Of a stretch of 55,420 nucleotides of DNA, positions 33,155 through 41,301 are shown piece after piece. Position 1 is the stretch's first letter; every line of letters starts with the position of its first letter. The notes beneath the pieces were generated by a model that saw only the letters and a program-made list of their open reading frames with translations, made no database searches and was not told the origin of the DNA. The stretch is from Lentisphaerae bacterium ADurb.BinA184. Lineage in GTDB: Bacteria > Verrucomicrobiota > Lentisphaeria > Oligosphaerales > MVZH01. Location of the stretch: the NCBI GenBank assembly GCA_002068325.1, contig MVZH01000002.1, positions 1 to 55,420 of the forward strand, read 5' to 3'. The translations under genes were made by a program, and so were the position numbers.

Positions 33155-35025
33155 GAAGCGCGGTTGCCTTCACGGGGACGCGGCTGGCGGAGGCCGCGGC
33201 GCGGCTGACCGAGCTGGAGTCGTTTGCCGGGCCGCCGGGGGAGTTCTGGGCCGCCTGCCTCGAGACCCTTGCGCAGGTTGCCGGCGCCCGGCTGGCGGTG
33301 CTGATCCGGCGGGTGTCCGGCGCCGAGGGCGCGGCTGAGTGGCGGCCCCTCACCCAGTGGTCGCCGGGGCCGGTGAAGCCGGCCGTGGCCCGCGCGCTCT
33401 CCGCCGCCCTGCCGGGACTCGGCGAGCAGGCCCTGGCCGCCGGCGAAACCTGCACGCCCCTGACCGGCGACGACATCGGCCCCGAGGCCGGAATGGCGGC
33501 CGCCGTACGGCTCCTGCGGAATCAGCCCGACGAGAGCGCGGTGGGTGTCTTCCTCCTCGACGCGGCCAGCCCCGACGCGGCCCAGGAACCGCTCGCCCGG
33601 CTGCGCCTGGCGGCCGGCCTGCCGGAAGCCTACCAGAACCGGCGCCTCCTCGCCCAGGCGCGGCGCGACGTCAGCCACTTCTCCTCCGTGCTCGACCTCA
33701 TGGTCCTGCTCAACGGCCAGACCCGTTTCATGGCGGCCTGCATGCTGCTGTGCAACGAATTCGCCAGCCGCTTCGCCGCCGACCGCGTCTGCCTGGGCTG
33801 GAAGAAGGGCGACTACGTGCGCCTGCGCGCCATGAGCCACGCCGAGAAGTTCGACAAGAAAATGGCGGCGGTGCGCGCGGTCGAAGAGGCTATGGAGGAA
33901 GCCCTCGACCAGGACGAGGAGATCGCCTGGCCGCCGGCCGCCGAGGTGACGGCCATCGTGCGCGACCACGAACAGTACGCGCGGTCGCAGGGCGTGGCCA
34001 ACCTGTGCACCGTGCCCTTGCGGGCCGAGGGCAGGCCGGTGGCGGCCATCACGCTGGAACGTGCGGCACAGGCTTTCACCGAGGACGAAACCGCCCACTT
34101 GCGCCTGTATGCCGACCAGGCCGTGCGGCGGCTCACCGACCTCGAAAAACACGACCGCTGGTTCGGGGCGCGCTGGCTGGCCGCGGCCCGGCGCGGGCTG
34201 GGACGGCTGATCGGGGTCGAACATACCTGGGCCAAGCTCGGGGCGTTGGCCGGCGCCGTGGCGCTGGCCGTGCTGCTCTTCGGCCGCGCCTCCTACCGCA
34301 TCCAAGGCAGCTTCATGCTGCAGCCGGCCGACGTCGTCTACCTGCCGGCGCCCTTTGACGGCTACATCGGTGAGGTCAGGGTCCGGGTCGGCGATGAGGT
34401 CGCCGAGGGCGCGGTCCTGCTGGCGCTGGACACCCGCGAGCTGCTGCTCGAACAGGCGGCGGCGGTGGCCGATCTGCAGCGCTACACCCGCGAGACCGAG
34501 AAGGCGCGCGCCGCCGATGCCTTGGCCGACATGCGGGTGGCGGCGGCGCTGGCCGAACAGGCACGGGTGCGCCTCGAACAGGTCCGCTACCGGCTTGGAC
34601 AGGCCAATGTGACCGCGCCCTTCGCCGGCATCGTGGTCGAGGGTGACATGCGCGAGCGCATCGGCGCGCCGGTCAAGCAGGGCGACGTGCTGTTCCGCGT
34701 CGCCCGGCTCGAAGACCTCTATGTGGCCGTGGACGTCGAGGAGGCGGACCTGCCGCGCCTCGACGCGACGGCCGCCGGGCAGGTTGCCTTTCTCAGCCGT
34801 CCGGGCCTGAAGTTCCCGGTGCAGGTCGAGCGGATCGAGCCGGCCGCGCAGGCCAAGTCCGGCAAGAATGTGTTCACGGTGCGGTGCGCATTGAAGGGCG
34901 GGGTCGAGGAGTGGTTCCGCCCTGGCATGAGCGGGGTGTGCAAGCTGAACGCGGGCCGGCGCAGCCTGCTGTGGCTGTTCACGCACAAGACGGTGGATTT
35001 CCTGCGTCTGCGGCTATGGTGGTGA
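33151..35025 (+). CDS. GAF-like sensor domain(s) fused to a transmembrane HlyD-family membrane fusion protein
   Basis: The ATGA overlaps the previous gene. The N-terminal half of about 330 aa is cytoplasmic with a GAF-like pattern (...CLGWKKGDYVRLRAMSH...LCTVPLRAEGRPVAAITLER). The TM segment is LGALAGAVALAVLLFG. The HlyD motifs are YIGEVRVRVGDEVAEGAVLLALD and VTAPFAGIVVEGD. Confidence 0.75.
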   Translation: MRSAVAFTGTRLAEAAARLTELESFAGPPGEFWAACLETLAQVAGARLAVLIRRVSGAEGAAEWRPLTQWSPGPVKPAVARALSAALPGLGEQALAAGETCTPLTGDDIGPEAGMAAAVRLLRNQPDESAVGVFLLDAASPDAAQEPLARLRLAAGLPEAYQNRRLLAQARRDVSHFSSVLDLMVLLNGQTRFMAACMLLCNEFASRFAADRVCLGWKKGDYVRLRAMSHAEKFDKKMAAVRAVEEAMEEALDQDEEIAWPPAAEVTAIVRDHEQYARSQGVANLCTVPLRAEGRPVAAITLERAAQAFTEDETAHLRLYADQAVRRLTDLEKHDRWFGARWLAAARRGLGRLIGVEHTWAKLGALAGAVALAVLLFGRASYRIQGSFMLQPADVVYLPAPFDGYIGEVRVRVGDEVAEGAVLLALDTRELLLEQAAAVADLQRYTRETEKARAADALADMRVAAALAEQARVRLEQVRYRLGQANVTAPFAGIVVEGDMRERIGAPVKQGDVLFRVARLEDLYVAVDVEEADLPRLDATAAGQVAFLSRPGLKFPVQVERIEPAAQAKSGKNVFTVRCALKGGVEEWFRPGMSGVCKLNAGRRSLLWLFTHKTVDFLRLRLWW

Positions 35026-35031
35026 GGGCGG

Positions 35032-37188
35032 ATGCCTGACGCGGAGAAGACATTCAGCGAGTCCTGGTACCGGGTGGCCGGGCAGCGTCTGTGCCTGCGG
35101 CCGCAGGTGCAGATGCAGCGGCAGCATTTCCGCGGCCGGCGCTGGTACGTGGTGCGCGACCCGTACAGCAACCAGTTCTTCCGCCTGCATCCGGCCGCCC
35201 ACGCCTTCGTCGCGCGGCTGCGCCGCGACCGCACTGTCGAGGAGGTGTGGAACGAGTGCCTGGCGCTGCACCCCGCCGAGGCCCCCGGCCAGCAGGAGGT
35301 CATCAACCTGCTGGCCCAGCTGTTCTTCGCCAACCTGCTGCAGTGCGAGAACCCGGCCGACAGCGCCGCCCTCTTCGAGCGCTACCGCCGGCGGCGCGGG
35401 CAGGAGGTCCGTTCCCGCATCGTCAACATCATGTTCTCGCGCTTCCCGCTCCTCGACCCGGACCGGTTCCTGCTCCGCGCCCTGCCCCTGGTGCGCCCGC
35501 TGATCGGCCCGCTGGGGGCGGTGCTGTGGCTGGCGGTCGTCGGCTGGGCGGTGAAGGTGGCCGTCGAGCATTTCCCCGACCTCTCGCGGCAGGGCGACGC
35601 CATCCTCTCCCCCGCCAACCTGCCCCTGCTCTATCTCGCGCTGGTGGTGATCAAGGCCCTGCACGAGTTTGGCCATGCCTTCGTCTGCCGGCGCTTCGGC
35701 GGCGAGGTGCACGAGATGGGCATCACCCTGCTGATCTTCACCCCCTTGCCCTACGTGGATGCCAGCTCGGCCTGGGCCTTCCGCAGCCGCTGGCGACGCG
35801 TGGTTGTCGGCGCCTCCGGGATGATGACCGAGCTGTTCTTCGCCGCCGGCGCCACCTTCGTCTGGGCCGGCACCGGAACCGGAACCCTCCACAGCCTGGC
35901 CTACAACATCATGTTCATCGCCTCGGTCTCGACCGTCCTCTTCAACGCCAACCCCCTCCTGCGCTGGGACGGCTACTACATCCTCTCCGACCTCCTCGAC
36001 ATCCCCAACCTCCACTCCCAGGCCGCCCAGCAGCTGCGCCACCTGCTCGACCATTACGCCTTCGGCGTGCGCGACTCGCGGTCGCCCGCCAACACGCGCC
36101 GCGAGGCGTTCTGGCTGACCGTCTTCGGCATCCTCAGCCAAGTCTACCGCGCGGTGGTCTTCGTCGGCGTCATCTTCTTCGTCGCCCAGCGTTTCCTGCT
36201 GGCCGGGATCGTGATGGCCGTGCTGTGTTTCGTCTTCTGGGTGTTGCGCGCGGTCGGCACCGCGGTGCACTACCTGGCGGCCAACCCGCGGCTGGAGCGG
36301 ACGCGGCCGCGGGCCATCGCCGTCTCGGTGGCGTTTGTCGCCGGCGTGCTGTTCCTTCTCGAGGCCCTGCCCTACCCGGTCCGTTTCCGCGCGCCGGGGA
36401 TCGTGCAGGCCGAGGAGCAGGCCTTTGTCGTCAACGAAACGGCCGGCTTCCTGCAGCGACCGCTGGCCGGTTCCGGCATCCGGGTCGAGGCCGGCCAGCC
36501 GCTCGCCGAGCTGGTCTCGCCAGACCTCGATTTCGAGACCCGCCTTGTCCACGCCCAGCTCGAACAGGCCCAGGCCTTGCGGCGCAAGGCGCTGGACGAG
36601 GGGGCGTCCGACCTGCGGCCCATTGACAGCCACATCGCGGCGGTGCAGGCCCAGGTCGAACAGCTCGAACGCCGCCGCGCCAGCCTGGTGCCGCGGGCCC
36701 CGCACCGCGGCCTCTGGATCGCGCCGAACCTCGAAGACTTCCAGCAGGCCTGGCTGGGGAAGGGAACCGCCCTCGGGCAGGTGATCAACCCGGAGACGTT
36801 CTTCTTCCTCGCCGTGGTCTCCCAGCGCGACGCGGCCCGGCTCTTTGCCGAGCCCCCGCGGGCGGTCGCCGTGCGCCTGCGCGGGCAGGCGGAGACCGCC
36901 CTTGACATCCGCCAGGTCATGGTCATTCCCGCGCAGCAGGACCGTCTGCCCTCGGCGGCCCTCGGCTGGCTGGGCGGCGGCGAGGTCGCCGTCGACACCC
37001 AGGACAGCCAGGGGACGCGCGCCGCCGAACCCTTCTTCGAAGTGCGCCTCAAGCTGGACGCCGACCCCGGCATCCCGGTCTTCCACGGCCGTTCCGGCCA
37101 GGCGCGTTTCGAGTTCCAGCCCGAGCCCCTGCTCGAACAGGGCTGGCGCCGTCTCCGCCAGACCCTGCAGCGGCGCTTCCGGCTGTAG
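35032..37188 (+). CDS. Site-2-protease family (peptidase M50) membrane metalloprotease fused to a C-terminal HlyD-like domain
   Basis: HEFGH occurs at 35662-35676 inside a polytopic membrane region. The C-terminal 280 aa carry a coiled coil and a beta-barrel-like HlyD pattern (EAGQPLAELVSPDLDFE...APHRGLWIAPN). The N-terminal 100 aa are soluble (see findings). Confidence 0.8.
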   Translation: MPDAEKTFSESWYRVAGQRLCLRPQVQMQRQHFRGRRWYVVRDPYSNQFFRLHPAAHAFVARLRRDRTVEEVWNECLALHPAEAPGQQEVINLLAQLFFANLLQCENPADSAALFERYRRRRGQEVRSRIVNIMFSRFPLLDPDRFLLRALPLVRPLIGPLGAVLWLAVVGWAVKVAVEHFPDLSRQGDAILSPANLPLLYLALVVIKALHEFGHAFVCRRFGGEVHEMGITLLIFTPLPYVDASSAWAFRSRWRRVVVGASGMMTELFFAAGATFVWAGTGTGTLHSLAYNIMFIASVSTVLFNANPLLRWDGYYILSDLLDIPNLHSQAAQQLRHLLDHYAFGVRDSRSPANTRREAFWLTVFGILSQVYRAVVFVGVIFFVAQRFLLAGIVMAVLCFVFWVLRAVGTAVHYLAANPRLERTRPRAIAVSVAFVAGVLFLLEALPYPVRFRAPGIVQAEEQAFVVNETAGFLQRPLAGSGIRVEAGQPLAELVSPDLDFETRLVHAQLEQAQALRRKALDEGASDLRPIDSHIAAVQAQVEQLERRRASLVPRAPHRGLWIAPNLEDFQQAWLGKGTALGQVINPETFFFLAVVSQRDAARLFAEPPRAVAVRLRGQAETALDIRQVMVIPAQQDRLPSAALGWLGGGEVAVDTQDSQGTRAAEPFFEVRLKLDADPGIPVFHGRSGQARFEFQPEPLLEQGWRRLRQTLQRRFRL

Positions 37189-37750
37189 CTCACAAGGTGC
37201 CACTCCAGAGAGACGATGCCGGGTTCGCACCCCCCGACTGCCGGGTGGCCGGTCGCCCCATGGCGGGGGCACATGGCGGCCGCTTCAGATTTCGTTTCTC
37301 GCCTGCGATGGCGGCGCCACGGCATACGCCTCCCGGGAAGGCCCCGGCTGCCACGTGAACCCCGAGTGTCCGGAGCCAACATTCCGCAGGGCATGCCCAT
37401 GGGGGGAATCGCGGCATCCCTCGTCTGCCTGGCCCTGACGCCGGCCGTTCTCGCCGACACCTTCACCCTCACCCGCAGCCCTGGCCGGAACGTGGTCTCG
37501 TTGCTCATCGCCGCGGACGCCCGAGCTGCCGGGCGGCACCCGTGCGCGTGAACGCGTACAGGGCCGCGCACGCCGGACGCAGGGAGGACCCGGCCGACGC
37601 TTCTGTCGTACACCCCCCGTTCCCCCGTTCCCCGCAGTGGCATTCACGGCGGCGCGCGGGTATAGTACCCGGTTTGCACGGTCTCCGCCGTTGGCGCGAA
37701 CCCGGTTGCCGTGGGCTCGGCCAACCACACCAGAAGGGATATGACCCACT

Positions 37751-39118
37751 GTGAACGACAAGGACATCGTGGTCAACGTCGTGCGCGAGGAACCCGCGCC
37801 CTGCCGGCTGAAGCTGGACATCGAGGTTCCGGCCGAGGCGGTCAAGAGCGTCCAGGCCCTCGTCGAAGGCGAGTTCCGCAAGCAGGCGCGCGTCCCCGGT
37901 TTCCGGCCGGGGAAAACCCCCAGACCCCTGCTGTGGCGGCACTACGGCGAGAAGATCCGCGAGGAGGTGAAGGACCGCCTCGTCCGCCTCGGGGTCCGCC
38001 GGGCCCTCGAACAGGAGAAGCTGACCCCGGAAACGTACCCGGTTCTGGACAACGAGGAGGCGCTCACGGTCAGTGACACCGAGAGCTTCGTGTTCTCGGT
38101 CCAGTTCGACATGGCACCGCAGTTCGCCCTGCCCGACTACAAGCAGGTGAAGGTCGAGGACGCCCCCGTTGAGGTCAAGGAGGATCAGGTCGAGGACGTG
38201 ATCAAGGGCATGCTCGAACGGTTGACCTCGTTTGCGAAGATCGAACGGGCCGCCGTCCAGGGCGACCTTCTCAAGGCCTCCTACCACGGCCGGCTGGCCG
38301 ACGAGTCGGTGGCCGTGCCCGAGGCCGCCAAGTACCTGCTGGCCGCCGAGCAGACGTGGATCGCCCTGCGGGAGCCGGAGATCATCCCCGGCGTGATCGG
38401 CGCCCTGGCCGGGGCCGAGGCCGGCTCGCGACACGTCCACACGACGACCTTCCCCGCCGACTTCTACGACCGGGCGATCGCCGGACAGACGGTCACCTAC
38501 ACCATCGAGGTCCACGAAGTCCATGCCCCAAACGTTCCGGAACTCGATGATGCGACCGCCAAACGCCTGGGCGCCGAGAACGCCGACGGCGCCCGCCGGC
38601 GCGTCCGCGAGAGCCTCGAGTCCCGCCAGCAGGCCGCCCGTGACCGCGCCCGCCGCGACCAGGTCGTCGGGCAGCTCCTCGAAAAGGTTGACTTCGGCGT
38701 GCCTCCCGCCCTGCTGGCCCGCGAGACCTATGACATTCTGACGCAGTTGTACCAGAACGACGTCCGGCGCGGCGCCGTGCCCGAGGGGGACGCGGGCAAG
38801 GAACACATCCAGCAGCTGCGGGGCCAGGCCGAGAGCTACGCGCGGCAGCGGCTGCGCCGGCACTATCTGCTGACCCGCATCGCCGAGGCCGAGGGGATCA
38901 AGGTCGAGCCGGCCGAGATCCAGGCGACGCTCGAAACGATGTCGGCGGCCCACAACCTGTCGCTGAAGGCGCTGCAGCGGCGGCTCCAGGAGTCCGGCCG
39001 CCTGGGCGATCTCATCGATGGGCTCCTCGACGACAAGACGCTCAACCGGCTCCTCGAATTCGCCGGCGGCGCCCCCGCGGCGCCGGACGGGCAACCCGCA
39101 CCCACGGCCCAGGCGTGA
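37751..39118 (+). CDS. tig: Trigger factor
   Basis: GTG start. [14 protein letters not shown] matches the GFRPGK-x-P signature. Length and domain order are typical, and the gene lies upstream of clpP-clpX. Confidence 0.9.
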   Translation: MNDKDIVVNVVREEPAPCRLKLDIEVPAEAVKSVQALVEGEFRKQARVPGFRPGKTPRPLLWRHYGEKIREEVKDRLVRLGVRRALEQEKLTPETYPVLDNEEALTVSDTESFVFSVQFDMAPQFALPDYKQVKVEDAPVEVKEDQVEDVIKGMLERLTSFAKIERAAVQGDLLKASYHGRLADESVAVPEAAKYLLAAEQTWIALREPEIIPGVIGALAGAEAGSRHVHTTTFPADFYDRAIAGQTVTYTIEVHEVHAPNVPELDDATAKRLGAENADGARRRVRESLESRQQAARDRARRDQVVGQLLEKVDFGVPPALLARETYDILTQLYQNDVRRGAVPEGDAGKEHIQQLRGQAESYARQRLRRHYLLTRIAEAEGIKVEPAEIQATLETMSAAHNLSLKALQRRLQESGRLGDLIDGLLDDKTLNRLLEFAGGAPAAPDGQPAPTAQA

Positions 39119-39158
39119 CCCGCACCCACGGCCTTCCGCCAGCATGAGGTCAGACCCG

Positions 39159-39782
39159 ATGAAGGCTCAGTACCTGGTTCCCGTTGTGGTCGAGCAGACT
39201 CCGCACGGCGAGCGCGGCTATGACATCTACTCCCGCCTGCTCAAGGACCGCATCGTCCTGCTGGGCACCCCCATTGACGACCACGTGGCCAGCCTCCTGG
39301 TCGCCGAGTTCCTCTACCTGCAGTCGGAAGACCCCAAGAAGGACATCGAATTCTACATCAACAGCCCCGGCGGCAGTGTCACCGCCGGCATGGCCATCTA
39401 TGACACCATGCGGATGCTGAGCTGCGACGTGAAGACCTACTGCGTCGGCCAGGCCGCCAGCATGGCCGCTGTGCTGCTGGCCGCCGGCATGGCGGGCAAG
39501 CGTTTCGCGCTCCCCAACGCCCGCATCATGATCCATCAGCCCGCCGGCGGCGCTGAGGGCACCGCCGCCGACATCGGCATCCAGGCCCGCGAAATCCTCC
39601 GCGTGCGCGAAAACCTCAACAAGATCCTGGCCGCCCACACCGGACAGCCGCTGGCCAAGATCGAGGCCGACTCCGACCGCGACCACTTCATGTCGGCCGA
39701 GGAGGCCAAGGCCTACGGCCTGGTTGATGCCATCCTGCCGGCCCGCAACCGCCCGGCCGCCGCCAAGCCGCCAACCCCCTGA
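39159..39782 (+). CDS. clpP: ATP-dependent Clp protease proteolytic subunit
   Basis: [45 protein letters not shown] (Ser) and IMIHQP (His) are all present. The ATG at 39159 has GAGG 8 nt upstream; the ATG at 39144 is an alternative. Confidence 0.9.
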   Translation: MKAQYLVPVVVEQTPHGERGYDIYSRLLKDRIVLLGTPIDDHVASLLVAEFLYLQSEDPKKDIEFYINSPGGSVTAGMAIYDTMRMLSCDVKTYCVGQAASMAAVLLAAGMAGKRFALPNARIMIHQPAGGAEGTAADIGIQAREILRVRENLNKILAAHTGQPLAKIEADSDRDHFMSAEEAKAYGLVDAILPARNRPAAAKPPTP

Positions 39783-39795
39783 GAGAGCTTTGTCC

Positions 39796-41106
39796 ATGCC
39801 ACCCAGACGCCGTGACCCCGACGCCTTCTGCGCCTTCTGCGGACGTTCCGGCCGCGAGGCGCCGCGCCTCATCGCCAGCCCCACCATCGGCGTCCACATC
39901 TGCGCCGACTGCATCAAGGTCTGCGAGCGCATGCTCAACGGCGACCGCGCGGAGGCCGGAAAGCCCCGCCGCGCCGTCAAGGCACCCCCGATCCCCAAGC
40001 TGACCGTGCCCAAGCCGGCTGAGCTGAAAGCCTATCTCGACCAGTTCGTCGTCGGCCAGGAACAGGTCAAGAAGGTGCTCTCCGTCGCCGTCCACAACCA
40101 CTACAAGCGGCTGCAGCACCAGCGCACCGCCGACAGCCGACCGCCCGACAGCGTCGAGATCGACAAGAGCAACATCCTCATGATCGGGCCGACGGGCAGC
40201 GGCAAGACCCTGCTGGCGCGCGTGCTGGCCCGCCGCCTCGAAGTCCCCTTCTCGATCTCCGACGCCACCACGCTGACCGAGGCCGGCTACGTCGGTGACG
40301 ATGTCGAGAACATCCTGCTGCGCCTGGTCCAGGCCGCCGACTACGACATCGAGCGGGCGCAGGTCGGCATCGTCTACGTCGACGAGATTGACAAGATCGG
40401 GCGCAAGACGGACAACGTCTCGATCACCCGCGACGTCTCCGGCGAGGGGGTGCAGCAGGCCCTGCTGAAGATCCTCGAAGGTACCGTGGCGAACGTGCCC
40501 CCGCACGGCGGCCGCAAGCACCCGCAGCAGGAATTCCTGCCGGTGGACACCTCCAACATCCTCTTCATCTGCGGCGGCGCCTTCGTCGGGCTGGACAAGA
40601 TTGTGCGCCGGCGCTTGGGCCGGCGGGTGCTGGGCTTCGCCAGCGCGGCCGACGCCAACGGCAACGAGGCGGCGGCGCTGGACGACGCCGAAATCCTCTC
40701 CCGCACCGAGCCCGAGGACTTGATCCACTACGGGCTGATCCCTGAGTTCGTCGGGCGCCTGCCGGTGGTCGCCGCGCTGCGCGACCTTTCCGAGCAGGAT
40801 CTGGTCCGCATCCTGACTGAGCCCCGGAGTGCGATCGTCAAGCAGTACCAGGAAATGTTCCGCATGGAGGGGGTGGAGCTGAGCTTCACCGAGGGGGCGC
40901 TGCGCGCCCTGGCCGCCCAGGCCAGGAAGAAGGGCACTGGCGCCCGCGGCCTGCGCTCGCTCATCGAATCGTTGATGGTCAACATCATGTTCGATGTGCC
41001 GTCGCGTGAGGACGTGGCAACCTGCACCGTCACCGAAGGCGTGGTCGCCGGCGAGGTTCCGCCGGTGCTGACGTACCGGCCGTCCGCGGCGCGCGTGAGC
41101 GCCTGA
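39796..41106 (+). CDS. clpX: ATP-dependent Clp protease ATP-binding subunit ClpX
   Basis: The zinc ribbon is [32 protein letters not shown]. The Walker A motif is [11 protein letters not shown]. The sensor motifs are [12 protein letters not shown] and GARGLR. Confidence 0.9.
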   Translation: MPPRRRDPDAFCAFCGRSGREAPRLIASPTIGVHICADCIKVCERMLNGDRAEAGKPRRAVKAPPIPKLTVPKPAELKAYLDQFVVGQEQVKKVLSVAVHNHYKRLQHQRTADSRPPDSVEIDKSNILMIGPTGSGKTLLARVLARRLEVPFSISDATTLTEAGYVGDDVENILLRLVQAADYDIERAQVGIVYVDEIDKIGRKTDNVSITRDVSGEGVQQALLKILEGTVANVPPHGGRKHPQQEFLPVDTSNILFICGGAFVGLDKIVRRRLGRRVLGFASAADANGNEAAALDDAEILSRTEPEDLIHYGLIPEFVGRLPVVAALRDLSEQDLVRILTEPRSAIVKQYQEMFRMEGVELSFTEGALRALAAQARKKGTGARGLRSLIESLMVNIMFDVPSREDVATCTVTEGVVAGEVPPVLTYRPSAARVSA

Positions 41107-41234
41107 TCCGCCGCGGCCGGCAGCCGACGCACGACCAGGGGATCACGGTTCGGCGGTTGTCGGCATCACCGGCGGTGGTTGCCGGCGCCACGGCCTGCGA
41201 CCGCACTCCACGATGAGTGCCACGCGTCGTGGGG

Positions 41235-41273
41235 GGGGGTGTCGCCCCGCCTGTTGCGCGAGCCGACACCCCC
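41235..41273. terminator. 10-bp inverted repeat between convergent clpX and ppdK
   Basis: GGGGGTGTCG (41235-41244) and CGACACCCCC (41264-41273) are separated by a 19-nt loop. There is no clear U-tract on either strand. Confidence 0.25.
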
Positions 41274-41301
41274 GCTTGGCCTTGCCTTCCCGGCGGGCGT
41301 C

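Noticed and set aside
37393-37551. A small ORF in the 560-bp gap before tig that encodes a 52-aa signal-peptide-like product (MPMGGIAASLVCLALTPAVLADTFTL...). I considered it as a possible substrate peptide of the M50/TolC operon
   Set aside because: There is no convincing Shine-Dalgarno. Ala/Leu-rich signal-like stretches arise easily by chance in high-GC DNA. Nothing in the window supports conservation. It is only worth revisiting if homologous small ORFs follow paralogous operons.
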